Source: an uncultured Gemmataceae bacterium (lineage in GTDB: Bacteria > Planctomycetota > Planctomycetia > Gemmatales > Gemmataceae). Taken from it: a DNA stretch of 64,000 nucleotides. Shown piece by piece: positions 51,829 to 64,000 of this stretch. The stretch is from positions 1,216,001-1,280,000 of the forward strand of contig CAVVPN010000012.1 in assembly GCA_963750165.1 (NCBI GenBank), in the 5' to 3' direction. The translations under genes were made by a program, and so were the position numbers. Every line of letters begins with the position of its first letter. Positions within the stretch are counted from its first letter, which is position 1. The notes below the pieces were generated by a model. The model saw only the letters and a program-made list of their open reading frames with translations, ran no database searches and was not told the DNA's origin.

Positions 51829-52586
51829 GGGCTCTCCTGAGGTTCGAGACAGGGCGCGGCCGGGGCCGGGGCGGGACGGATCGCGGTGGCCGGCGCGGCT
51901 CGCAGGCGCAGCGTGAACTTGGTGCCGCGCTCCGGCTCGCTCTCCACGGCGATGCTGCCGCCGTGCGCCTCCACGATGCGCCGCGTCGTCGGCAGGCCCA
52001 GGCCGGTGCCGCCCTTCTTGGTCGAGAAAAACGGCTCGAAGATGCGAGCCCGCACCCCCGGCGGCATACCCTGGCCGGTGTCGATGAAGCTGAGGCACAC
52101 AACCGGACAGCCATCGGCCCCGGCCGGTTCGCAGGCGGCCTGGATGGTCAGTTCGCCGCCCTCGGGCATCGCCTGTTCGGCGTTGAGCATCAGGTTGAGC
52201 AGGGCCTGCTTGAACATGTCGGCGTGCAGCAGCACCGGCGGCAGGTCCGCGGGCAGGTAGGGCTTGATGTCGATGTTGGCGGCGCGGGCGGTCGGTGTGA
52301 AGAAATCGAGCATCTCCTCGATCACCTTGGCCAGATCCGTCGGCAGCAGGTCCAGGGCCTTGATGCGGGCGAAGCGCAGAAAGTCGTTGGACAGCAGGAC
52401 AAGGCGATCACACTCGCCTTGCAGACGCTGGACGCGCGTCAGGGCGCGGTGCTCGCGCTGGCTCTGCGGCTCCTGGAAGTCCTCGGCCAGCAGTTGCAGA
52501 TTGAGCCCAAGTGTGCTCAGGTGGTTCTTGATCTCGTGGATGAACCCGCCCGCCAACTCGGCCAACTCGTGATAGTGTGCGTTCAT
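51825..52586 (-). CDS. Histidine kinase (HisKA + HATPase, no sensor domain)
   Basis: H-box IHEIKNHL, N-box NLMLNA, DTGQG, FEPFFSTK, GTGLGL. Confidence 0.88.
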   Translation of the reverse strand: MNAHYHELAELAGGFIHEIKNHLSTLGLNLQLLAEDFQEPQSQREHRALTRVQRLQGECDRLVLLSNDFLRFARIKALDLLPTDLAKVIEEMLDFFTPTARAANIDIKPYLPADLPPVLLHADMFKQALLNLMLNAEQAMPEGGELTIQAACEPAGADGCPVVCLSFIDTGQGMPPGVRARIFEPFFSTKKGGTGLGLPTTRRIVEAHGGSIAVESEPERGTKFTLRLRAAPATAIRPAPAPAAPCLEPQESP

Positions 52587-52600
52587 GAGGGGTAATGATG

Positions 52601-52675
52601 CGGGCCGTCCTGGCTGCCGTTTGCGGCTGAGCGGGTTGGAAGCGCTAAGCTGCAAGCGGCAGCCAGGACGGCCCG
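52601..52675. repeat. REP-like palindrome (CGCTAAGC.GCAAGCGGC family) downstream of pnp
   Basis: 33-nt imperfect arms; half-site also at ~12346. Confidence 0.8.
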
Positions 52676-52683
52676 ACGCCGGC

Positions 52684-54860
<2,177 letters not shown>

Positions 54861-55001
54861 GGTACATCCCTCATCATGCGCCGGCAGAACAGCCGCAGAG
54901 GTGGTGAGGATCTTTTTGTCCGTGGTCCGTGGCCAGCCGGGTTGCAGCCGCAGATAATCGTCTCGGCGCTCGAACCCGGCTGGCAACGAACAACGGACCA
55001 A

Positions 55002-55271
55002 CTACTTGCGCAGCCCGAGTTTGCCGATGACCGCGAGGTAGCGGTTGCGGTCCTGGTTGCGCAGATAGGTCAATAGCCCGGACCGCTTGCTCACCATCAT
55101 CAGCAAGCCGCGCCGACTGGCGTGGTCTTTCTTGTGCGTGCGCAGATGCTCGGTCAGTTCGGTGATGCGCGCGGTGAGCAGTGCGACCTGCACCTCGGGC
55201 GAGCCCGTGTCGGTCGGTTCGCGCCGGAACTGGTCAATGATCTCGGTCTTGCGGTCCTTCGTAATCGCCAT
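55002..55271 (-). CDS. rpsO: 30S ribosomal protein S15
   Basis: [31 protein letters not shown]; 89 aa; upstream of pnp. Confidence 0.97.
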   Translation of the reverse strand: MAITKDRKTEIIDQFRREPTDTGSPEVQVALLTARITELTEHLRTHKKDHASRRGLLMMVSKRSGLLTYLRNQDRNRYLAVIGKLGLRK

Positions 55272-55401
55272 TTCAGTCCTCGCCACCTCCGACGGATAGG
55301 TTCTGCCTTGAGATTCCGAAAACATCGAAACACTTATTGATTTAGTGAATGTAGCAGCAGCAGGCGAGATGGCAAGGGGGATTTTGTCCGCCCGTGGGTT
55401 T

Positions 55402-55469
55402 GGCGAGCGGCGCGGCGTCAGCCCGCCGGTACTGCACAACACCGGCGGGCTGACGCCGCGCCGCTCGCC
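55402..55469. repeat. REP-like palindrome (GGCGAGCGGCGCGGCGTCAGCCCGCCGGT arms)
   Basis: Perfect 29-bp inverted repeat. Confidence 0.88.
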
Positions 55470-55478
55470 GGAAATGCA

Positions 55479-56492
55479 TCAGAACGGAATCTCGTCCCGG
55501 CCGCCGCGCGGCCCGCGCGCCTGGTTGCGCAGCGCCCCGAAGCCCATGCCGCCGGGCCGGTCGAATTCGCGGCTCGACGGGCTCTGGTCGTCCAGCGAGC
55601 GCAGCAGCTTGACCGTATCCTCCAGCGTGTTCCCCAGGCACGCCACGCTGATGACCAGTTCCGCCAGCGCCGCGAACGACAGCCCCTCCGTCAGCGTCAC
55701 CCATCGCAACATGTCTGCCGCCGACAACTCCGGCAACTTCTTGCCGAGGTACACCTCACGGATGCGCACCGGCGGCGCCTCGATCTTGATGATGCGGTCG
55801 AAGCGGCGCGGTCGCGACACGATGCGCCGGTCCAGCCGCTCCGGGTAGTTCGTGGTGGCGATGTTGATGACCTTGTTGATCTGGTGCGAGCCGTCCAGCC
55901 ACTGCAACAACTCACTGTCGCCGTGCATCTCAATGACCGCGTCGATGTCCTCAAACATGCAGATCAGTGGCCGATCCGGCTCGACCTTGCGGAACAGTTC
56001 CATGGCGCGCGTCAGCACGCCGGGGTGCTCGCAGAAGACGGCGACATGGCCGGCCTTGATGATGCGGTGGACGACCTGATGCACGACCGAGCTTTTGCCC
56101 GCGCCCTGCGGCCCGTAGAGCAGGTAGCCGCGGCGGTGCAGGTAACCGTAGCGCTCGAACTTCTCGCCCAGGGCCCAGAAGTTTTCGATTTCATGGAGGA
56201 TTTGCGACGGCAGGCTGTCGGCGAAGTCGATCAGGTCATCGACTTGCAGGTCCTTGGCGGCGAGTTGGGGTTCGCCGTACTGGTTGATGCTGCAACCATA
56301 GGCCCCCGCGGGCAGTTTCCGGAAGGTGGTGCCACACGCCTCGAAGACACCCGGCAAAGCCACTTTCCACTGAATGGGCAGCATCGGCGTCTCGTGCGAG
56401 CCGTAGATGCTGGAGCCGGCGAAGTGGTTGTTGTCGGTGTGCGCAGGCCGTGCGTTGGCATCGCACTGCGTGCCAAAGTCGTTCAAATCCAT
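55479..56492 (-). CDS. Single-domain classical-clade AAA+ ATPase
   Basis: RRGYLLYGPQGAGKS, MFEDID, LLQWLDG, ATTNYPE.LD, RPRRFD. Confidence 0.9.
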   Translation of the reverse strand: MDLNDFGTQCDANARPAHTDNNHFAGSSIYGSHETPMLPIQWKVALPGVFEACGTTFRKLPAGAYGCSINQYGEPQLAAKDLQVDDLIDFADSLPSQILHEIENFWALGEKFERYGYLHRRGYLLYGPQGAGKSSVVHQVVHRIIKAGHVAVFCEHPGVLTRAMELFRKVEPDRPLICMFEDIDAVIEMHGDSELLQWLDGSHQINKVINIATTNYPERLDRRIVSRPRRFDRIIKIEAPPVRIREVYLGKKLPELSAADMLRWVTLTEGLSFAALAELVISVACLGNTLEDTVKLLRSLDDQSPSSREFDRPGGMGFGALRNQARGPRGGRDEIPF

Positions 56493-56603
56493 GGATGCTC
56501 CAGCCGAGGTGGTGAGCTCGAGTCTACCTCCCCTTCTGAGCTATCACGCCGGAGCGCCTCTGTCAAGAACGCATTGCGCGGATTACGCAAATTGCGCCAA
56601 CGG

Positions 56604-56760
56604 TCAACCTTTTTTGCGCAGCCGGGCCAGGTCCAGCAGGCAAAACGCCGTCGAGCCGAATGGGCTGACAAGCAGTTGCGTGCCGTCGGGCGAAAAGGCC
56701 GCGGCGCGAATGGCAGGACGGTTTTGCAGAGTTGACCTGCCAGTTGCCCGGCCTGCCCCA
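56604..56760 (-). pseudogene. Possible C-terminal remnant of a WD40 protein
   Basis: AIRAAAFSPDGTQLLVSPFGSTAFCLLDL followed by a stop, with no intact upstream gene. Confidence 0.45.
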
Positions 56761-56929
56761 AGGGCGCCCAATCTCGACGTGTGAAAAAGTTGGCGTTCTT
56801 GGCGTCCTTGGCGTCCTTGATCTGACAACCGCCGCCGGTGGTGGTCGCGCCGTGCCAGCCGCACGGGGCCAGGGCGCCGATTCTCGACGTGTGAAAAAGT
56901 TGGCCCCCTTGGCCCCCTTGGCCCCCTTG
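56761..56929. repeat. Two ~59-bp direct repeats (110-bp period), each ending in three 9-nt subrepeats
   Basis: AGGGCGCC.A.TCTCGACGTGTGAAAAAG followed by TTGGCGTYC-type units (copy 1) or TTGGCCCCC units (copy 2). Confidence 0.85.
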
Positions 56930-57016
56930 CTGCGACAGCGCAGGCCCCTGCTGGTCAGGCCGTGCCCGTCGTCCCCTCCGTGCGCGAACCGCCTGGGAAC
57001 CGCTTTGGGACGTGGC

Positions 57017-60000
57017 TCATTTCCAGGAGGTTTCGCGCTCGCCGTCCAGGTCGCGCAATGCCGTCTGTAATTCTCTTGCCAGCGCCTGGCGCTGGTCCAC
57101 CGAACAGGGACTCGGTGCCTCGCTCTCGGTCACGCGCAGGGCCGCCGAGAGCACGATCAGGGCTTTGACCTTGTGCCCCAGACCGGCGTAGGCTCGTCCC
57201 AGGTGCAGCCCCATCCGGGGGTCGCGCGGGTGACGCCGACAGGCAGCCTCATACAGGTCGCCCATCTGCGGATACAGACTTGCCTTGCCGAGTGCGTGGT
57301 ACACATCCCCGAGGGTGTCCAGCACCTCCGGCCGCAGGTGATGGGCGGCCGGAAACCCGTGGCCCGTCGCCAGGGCGCGGTGCAGCACCTGGTAGGCGGC
57401 GGTCGGGTCGCGGTACTCGCGGACCAGGAGCCAGGCCAGGTTGTTCGCCGCCTCCGTCTGTCTCGGGTTGCGGTCGAGGACAGCGGTGTACACCTGCCGG
57501 GCCTGTGCCGCCCACCTCACACGATCCGACCCGGCGGACTCCGCCAGCCGGGCCAAGTACACATCCCCCAGCAGCAACCGTGCGTCCTCGGACTCCGGCT
57601 GCTCCGCCAACACCTTCTGACAGCCGAACTCGGCCACGTCCCAGGCGTGTCCCGCCAGGAAGCCGTTGGCCAGCAGCAGCAGGGTTCGACAGCGACCGTC
57701 CTTGCCCGCTTCAGGAGTGGACTGCTGGAGATAGAAGTCGTTGGCCAATTCCCGGGCCTTCGCTGTCAAGCCGGCCCGCGCCAGCAACCGCACCTGCGCC
57801 TGGACAGCCAGCGCGTCCTGCGGCAGCGCCCGCCGCCAGCGTTGCACCCAGCGGTTGGCCGCCCTGAAATCCTGCTGATGTTCCAGCGCTTCGACCAGCC
57901 GGGCGTAGCCGGCCGCGCACGTGGGCTGCCGGGCGAGCAGGGCTTCGTAGGTGCTCACGGCGGCCGCAAACTTCCCCTGTCGCCGCTCCAGTTCGGCCCG
58001 GAGCAGGAACGGCTGAGGATCTCGGGGGAACAGCTTGACCAGGGTAGTCGCCCTGTCCCACCCGTCAGCGAGCACGGACGGATCATGGGATTCGAGGGCC
58101 AGCTGGGCGGCCAGGGTCATCAGTCCGGGATGGTTGGGAAATTCCCGCAAGGCCCGGCAAGCCTCGGCACGGGCGTGGTCAGGACGGTCGGCCGCCAGCC
58201 AGAACTGGGCGCGCGTGAGGGGGCCGTTGACCCAGTCGCGCTGCTCCCGGCGGACGGCCTGCTCCCAGGCGTGCAGTGCCGAGGCCAGGTCGGAGCCATC
58301 GGTCGTCGGGTTGTCCGGGTCTCCCAGGTCATCGAGTTGCAGGGCGGCAAAGGCGGTCCCGAGTAACAGACTCGGTTCCTCGGGACGCCGATTCCGCAGT
58401 GCGCGGGTGAGCCGCCGGGCCTGGTTCGGGTCGTGTTGGGCGAGGGTGAAGAGCGTGTGGAGCAACCCCTGCCGGGCCACGTCGCGCACCCGGGCAAACT
58501 CAAGGGCTTCGGTAAACGACCGCGCCGCCCCATCCAGATCGCCAGCGGTCAGGGCCAGCCAGGCGGCATCACAGTGAGCATCCCCTTCCTGTCGATCCGC
58601 CCCGGGAGTGGCAGGGTTGGCCACGGCCTTTGGCACCAGGTTGTCCGTGCCGTTGAGTCGGTTCAGGACGGCCGCTGCCTTGCCCCCCTGATGACTCCGG
58701 GCGAGGGCTGCTGCCCGGAGGCGCAACACTTCCGGGCGCCCCGCAGCCGCCTTGAGTGGCGGGGCTCGGTCGAGGTGGCCGAGTGCCTCCGCCGACCGGC
58801 CGGCGGCGGTCAGCCACTCCACCCAGAGGAAATGACCGTGGAGGTCGTCCGGGTGGTTCTGGAGAAATTGTTTGAACAGAGCCTCGGGAGATGCGCTCCC
58901 TTTGGACGGAGATTTGGCCAAGAGGGCGACCCGCAGCCGGAGCACGTCGGCGTCGGCCGGGTAAGACGCCTGCAGGTGATTGACCTCCACCTCGGCAAGG
59001 TCCAGCCTGCCGAAGCGCAGTTGATGGGCCGCCAACCCGAGCCGCGCCCGCCGGTCCTGCGGTCCCGGGGTCGGCAGCCGTTCCAGGAGTCGGGAAGCGT
59101 CCGCCTCATACTGCCGGATGCGCTTCAGGGTCGCCGCCCGCAACGCCGGGTCGCGCGGGGGCTGTTGATACAGCCCTGTGGCTCTGAACCAGGCGGCGTC
59201 GAGGCGGGCCTGGATTTCCAGTGCTAGCAGGTCCGCGGGGTCACCCACGAACACCTTCACCCAGGTCTGTTCCTCGGGCAGCAACCGCTCGAAGCGGGCC
59301 AGGGCCCCGTGGACCGGTTCGAGGTGTTCCAGGGCTTTTTCCGGCTGACCCAGTTCCAGCCACACCCGGGCCAGGACCACTCGGGACCGCAGAGCCAGTG
59401 CCCCGGCGTCCAGCCGTTCTGCCTCCCGCAGTGCCGCGGCGGCTTTCTCCAACCGCCCTTCCCGGAAGTACAGCGCCCCCTGGATGAGATGGGCCTGCAC
59501 TGCGCCCGGCGTCTTTCACTCCCCGAAGGGCGTCCAGGTGTGGGGCGACCGTGGGCCCGGGTTTGCCCGCCAGAAGCTGGAGTTCCGCGGCCCGCGCGTG
59601 CAGGGACGCCAGCTCCACGGCCGGGCGCTTCTGTGTCGTGCCGACGGCCAGGCCGGTCTCGACCCACTGAAGGGCGGCCGGCACCGTGTCCTTGACCGAG
59701 CCCTGCTGACCCTCCCGGCGGATCACGTCCGCCAGCACTCCGTAGGACGCCGGCAACCCACCGTGCCGGTTCACCGCCCGGTTCGCCATCGCCTCAAGCC
59801 GTTTCAGTTCCCGGCCCCAGGCGTCCCGGTTCGCGGCCGCGGCGTAGGGCTGAGCGCGGGCACACACCGTCAGCGCCGCAGCCAGGGCCTCCGCCTCTCG
59901 TTCTCCGCCCGCGACGGCCAGGCGGTCGGCCAGGGTCACGGTCGCCGTCAATGTCGATGACAGATCCCCGCGATCCGGTTTCAGAAGCCAGGCCCAGGGG

Positions 60001-60982
60001 GAGTGCAGATCCTGAACGCGACATTCCAGGGCCAGCCGGTGCAGTTCCAGCAGGGCCCGGGCCTCAAGCGGGCCCCACTGGTCCGGCGATTCCTGGGCGC
60101 CCGCACCAGAGGGCCAGTCGTCGGGTCAAACAACAGGCGGCGCAACGCCGCTCCCTCCCGGTTGGCCTCCGCGTCCTTGCCGGTGCGGCCGTAATAATCC
60201 GCCAGCCAGCTGTGGACCTGTGCCCGCAAGCCGACCACTCCCCAGTGGGGACGAGGCCCCGAATCCCGGAGTCGGTCCAGGTGTCCAAGCGCCGACCGCA
60301 CCCGGCCAGGGCGCCGGTCCTGCCAGGGGGTCGGGGGTTGCTCGAATTCCAGCCAGGCCAGGGCAAAGCGGCCGTGAAAATGTCCATCCTCCACGTCCAC
60401 CAGGCGGCGGGCGAATTTCTCCACCCGCGCCCAGCGCACTGGCCGCCATTGCAACTCGGCTCGCAGCGCTTCCAGCTGGACCTCGGTACGTCCCGGCAAC
60501 CGCTCGGCTGCGTGGAACAGGCACACGAAGGCTTCCCGGCGGGACAGGTCTTCGGCCAGTTGGTTCATGTCCCGATAGGGACGGCCAGTAATGGGATCGA
60601 CCGACGCGGGCAGCGGCCGGCCGACCTGTTCCGACCAGGCGTAGGCGCGGTCGCGCAGAACCTGGGCCTTGAGCCAGTAGGTTTCTCCCTCCCGGTGCAG
60701 GATAGCCTTGCGCCCCTCGTCGGTGCCCTGGTTGCGCCGCCGCTCCACCTCGTCCAGGACGCGACCGGCAAACAGCAGCGCCTCGTCGAAGGCCGTGACC
60801 GCGGCGGCCCGATCACCATTTTGCCAGGCGGCCAACCCACGCTCGTGGGCGGACTGGCAGCGCCGCAGCCACTCCTCCGGGCCCTCGGAACGGCGGTCAA
60901 TCAGATGGACGGCGAAGCACAGAACCGCCGCCGCCAGGACCGCGAGCCCACCCAGTTTCAACCAGCGCCGAACGGTAGCCAT
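57017..60982 (-). CDS. Large membrane-anchored TPR protein of the exosortase locus; two apparent frameshifts (~59990, ~59510)
   Basis: N-terminal TM; TPR helices over three frames; AANNLAWLL and LDTLG C-terminal TPR motifs. Confidence 0.75.
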
Positions 60983-60999
60983 GCGGCCCTCCGGAAAAA

Positions 61000-61722
61000 T
61001 CAGGACCGTGGCGGGGCGATGTCCGTCACCCGTCGCCAGTGGATCGGAAGCGGCTCGCTACTCAGGAAAGCGTTTGCCGGCAGGTGTCGGGCACGGAGCG
61101 CCACATCCACCGCCCGCAGCAAGTCCGTCTCCACCAGAGCCACACGCTCCGGCCCGAGGTCGGTACACACCAGTACGGTGAGACTCGGGACAGGGTGACC
61201 CACCCGCCAGTGCAGCATTTGTAGCGGAGACTGGGCGGTCGCTTCGGGGGGCATGGCGTAGTGCCAGTAGTAGATGAAGGTGTAGTGCGCCGTACCAGTA
61301 CGGAACCGGTAGCGGCGCACCGCCTGCTTGCCTTTGTCCAGGGCGATGGACTGTCGCCAACCGGCGTCCTCGGGAAGTCCCTGGGCGTCCCGCAGACAGT
61401 ATTCCGGGTGGTGTTTGCGGTCTTCCCCCCTGTGGGAGTAAAGGAGGTAAACCTGCGCCTCCGCATCCGAGATACCATGCCGATAGGTCCGCACCAATGT
61501 TTCGTCGGCAAAGTGCAGCGCGGGCAATTTCCCTGCGTCCGGTCTTGCCTCCCAGGCACTGGACAGTCCCTCCAGTCGCTCGGGAAAGGCAGACACCTCC
61601 CGCAACAAGCCAGCCGCCTGGACGGGGCGAACCGAGTCCAGGTGCCAGCACAGAACACGGTCCCCAAGGAGCCCGAGAGCCAGCATCCCGGCGGTCAAGA
61701 CCAGTCGCGCCGACAGACTCAT
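61000..61722 (-). CDS. Exosortase-associated EpsI-like protein
   Basis: N-terminal TM, FP..L..W, RTY, HHPEYC, YYW; ATGA overlap with exosortase. Confidence 0.8.
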   Translation of the reverse strand: MSLSARLVLTAGMLALGLLGDRVLCWHLDSVRPVQAAGLLREVSAFPERLEGLSSAWEARPDAGKLPALHFADETLVRTYRHGISDAEAQVYLLYSHRGEDRKHHPEYCLRDAQGLPEDAGWRQSIALDKGKQAVRRYRFRTGTAHYTFIYYWHYAMPPEATAQSPLQMLHWRVGHPVPSLTVLVCTDLGPERVALVETDLLRAVDVALRARHLPANAFLSSEPLPIHWRRVTDIAPPRS

Positions 61723-62588
61723 GGTGTTGGTTCCTCCGACTGGTCCGGTCGAGGTTTCCCGACGAAACATCGGTCGGTCAGGACGAGCAGTCCAAGTCCC
61801 AGGGGCAGCGTGAACAGAGCCGGGGTGTGGTGGAGCCAGCCTTCCAGCAGACCGGCGCCGCCAGCGGACACGACGAGGGCAATCGCCAGAATGCGGACCA
61901 CGTTGGCCCCGATCGCCAGTGGCACTGCTGCGAACAACAGGGGCAGGCGGCGGGGCCACCTCCGACCTCCAAGATGGCCGACCAGGGCGGCACAGGCCAC
62001 GAACGCTTCCAGTTGACGCAGACCGCTGCACTCCTCCGCAACCACCAGGGGCTCATCGACGCCGGCCAGGCGGATGACGTTGCCGTATCGGTAGCAAACG
62101 AGGAAGCATTCCAGCACGGCAGTGCTCGACCAGGACACGGCATCCATGAGCCACAGTCCTGCGGCGGCGGTCCATCGGAATGGCAGTGGGAACAGGAAAA
62201 ACAGGAACGCCAGGGGGAAACGGAAGCGCCGCGCCCAGGCCAGCCCGCCCAGCACCAGGGCCGCCCCGCGCAGGACCAGCACCAGGCCGACGTAATCCAC
62301 CAGCGGCTGACCCAGGACTCTGGCGGCCAGGTGCAACAGACACCCCGCCAGGATTTCCAGAGACCCGAGTCCCGGCCGAGCCTCGCCCCGGAGTGGCCCC
62401 TGACGGGCACAGCGCCAGGCCAGCCAGGCGGCGACCGGCAGCACCAGGAACCCGTGCGAATAGTTCGGATCGGACCCCCAGAGTGCCAGTAACTCGACGA
62501 CGGTGCCGCCGTACAGCGCCACCACCAGCAGCGCACTCAACCCACCCCCGAGTACCATCCGAACCGGGCAGGAAGACTGGGCTGACAT
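61719..62588 (-). CDS. Exosortase/archaeosortase family transpeptidase
   Basis: W..DPNYSHGFLV, multiple TMs, VAEECSGLR (Cys), NVVRI (Arg), WLHH (His). Confidence 0.92.
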   Translation of the reverse strand: MSAQSSCPVRMVLGGGLSALLVVALYGGTVVELLALWGSDPNYSHGFLVLPVAAWLAWRCARQGPLRGEARPGLGSLEILAGCLLHLAARVLGQPLVDYVGLVLVLRGAALVLGGLAWARRFRFPLAFLFFLFPLPFRWTAAAGLWLMDAVSWSSTAVLECFLVCYRYGNVIRLAGVDEPLVVAEECSGLRQLEAFVACAALVGHLGGRRWPRRLPLLFAAVPLAIGANVVRILAIALVVSAGGAGLLEGWLHHTPALFTLPLGLGLLVLTDRCFVGKPRPDQSEEPTP

Positions 62589-63136
62589 TTCCAGACTTTC
62601 CGGGGAGAGGGGATGGCCCCCCGGGGAAAGACCCGCGTTCACCTGAGAACCTCGCCATCGTACCGGCTCGAACCCACTGCTAGAAACCAGGACCCGGAAA
62701 GCCGGGGAAGAGAAATCGCGCAAGGAACTATGCCCGCCGTTTTCCTGGCGACCAAGTTGTTGCGGTCGCTCAATACGGGATTTTCCCAGGGCCGGTGGTA
62801 AACCGGAACAAGGGTAGGCAATCTGCCGGCAAGCCCTGACAGGGAACCGGGAAAAATTACAAACGCCTCTTTGCGGAACGTGGACTATGGTTAATCTGAT
62901 GGACAAACTCCCAGGCCGTACTGGGGAAAAACTTAGTACCACCCTTGCGTTTGCTCCCTCGGAGAGTCCAAGAAATTCACCCATTCCGTCCCGCCCGGTC
63001 GGAAGCGAGTCTGCGGCGTCCCAGGGACGGATTTGGTAATTCGCGCCGTGAGGTTCAGGAGGATATTTCTGGCAATTTTCAGGCGCAGAGTCGCGCAGAG
63101 GGGGGAACGCAGCACAGGAATCGCTGGAGAATCCTA

Positions 63137-64000
63137 GTGACTGTCCCCTCGCGCAACCGCTTTTCCGCATTGATTCGCAAGTGGTTCTTGGCTGACCGGC
63201 GTCTCCCCCACTCCCGATCAACACCCGTCCGCCGGGTTCGACTCTCCTTTGACCAGCTCGAAGACCGGACGGTTCTGTCCCCGGTGCCCCTGGCCACGCT
63301 CAACGTCCCGGCCCAGAACTTCATCGGCGAAAACCTGGATTTCGATGTCAGTTTTCAGAACGCCAGCGGCACGCCTACGGATGTGGGCTACGGCCCGTTC
63401 ATCGACCTGGTGTTGCCGTACAACGGCGCCCTCGGCAACCACGGTACGTCCACGCCCAACGGCATCAACTTCCTGAGTGCCACTTACCTCGGCCAGCCGG
63501 TGACGGCCACGGTCCAGACCTTCCCTGGTCCCGGCGTCACGGGGACCGTCAACGATCCCTACGCCGTGGATACCACCAACACCCCGCTCCCGGTCCAGGG
63601 CACTGCTGGCGACGAACTGGTGACGCTGCAGCTGCCTTTCGGCTCCTTCACGCCGGGACAGCCCGCGGCCGATGTGGTCGTCCACACTTCGCTGAGCAAT
63701 CTGGCAGTCCTGGGCACGCCACTGCCCATCGAAGCCCGCGCCGGCTTCCAGTACGGAGCCGACCCACTCAACGACCCGTCCACCGACCCAAGCATCGTCA
63801 ACTCCTTCAGCAACAACAGCGCCACCTGGAGCAGTGAGTCGGTCACACCCACACTGATCAAATTGACCAAGACCTACCTCGGACCGGAGCAGGAAACCGC
63901 CACGGGCCCGGACTTCCCGCACCAGTACCTCCTCAACGTGGACGTGGCCAACGGCCAGACGATCAACAACCTCGACATCACCGACGTGCTGCCGAACAAC
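63137..64000 (+). CDS. Large secreted adhesin-like protein with LEDR motif (DUF11/fimbrial-isopeptide-like repeats likely); runs off window
   Basis: GTG 63137 after GGAG; RLSFDQLEDRTVLS, GYGPFIDL, LPFGSFTPGQP, ETATGP, ITDVLP; frame open to window end and therefore missing from the ORF track. Confidence 0.82.
   Translation, partial: MTVPSRNRFSALIRKWFLADRRLPHSRSTPVRRVRLSFDQLEDRTVLSPVPLATLNVPAQNFIGENLDFDVSFQNASGTPTDVGYGPFIDLVLPYNGALGNHGTSTPNGINFLSATYLGQPVTATVQTFPGPGVTGTVNDPYAVDTTNTPLPVQGTAGDELVTLQLPFGSFTPGQPAADVVVHTSLSNLAVLGTPLPIEARAGFQYGADPLNDPSTDPSIVNSFSNNSATWSSESVTPTLIKLTKTYLGPEQETATGPDFPHQYLLNVDVANGQTINNLDITDVLPNN

Noticed and set aside
56761..56929. CRISPR array
   Set aside because: Only two long units with internal 9-mers, no series of unique spacers and no cas genes

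Overview
High-GC bacterial chromosome segment, almost certainly a planctomycete (Gemmataceae-like). Supporting signatures: a TIGR02999-type ECF sigma factor plus Ser/Thr kinase-TPR pair, LEDR-motif secreted proteins, DUF4058/Uma2/TIGR03067 families and planctomycete-style REP palindromes. Housekeeping genes include serS, gltA, shc, hpnH, rnr, a yhaM-like nuclease, FKBP, a ClpP-like peptidase, rimO, pgsA, an lpxL-like acyltransferase, scpB, a dat-like aminotransferase, pnp and rpsO. Accessory content includes an McrC-like nuclease without McrB, sitting next to a lower-GC ABC-ATPase/partner pair that resembles MADS mad3/mad4; a 1622-aa CHAT-like/STAND-NTPase/TM/WD40 protein; a rare tRNA-Ile with a UAU anticodon; a PEP-CTERM protein; an exosortase-EpsI-TPR locus facing a large adhesin; a structured RBS-occluding leader; a 100-bp TA-flanked MITE nested in a palindrome; and many inverted repeats. 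About 15 single-base frameshifts, several in conserved genes, point to uncorrected long-read errors rather than real pseudogenes. All family assignments are by eye from motifs; no searches were run.
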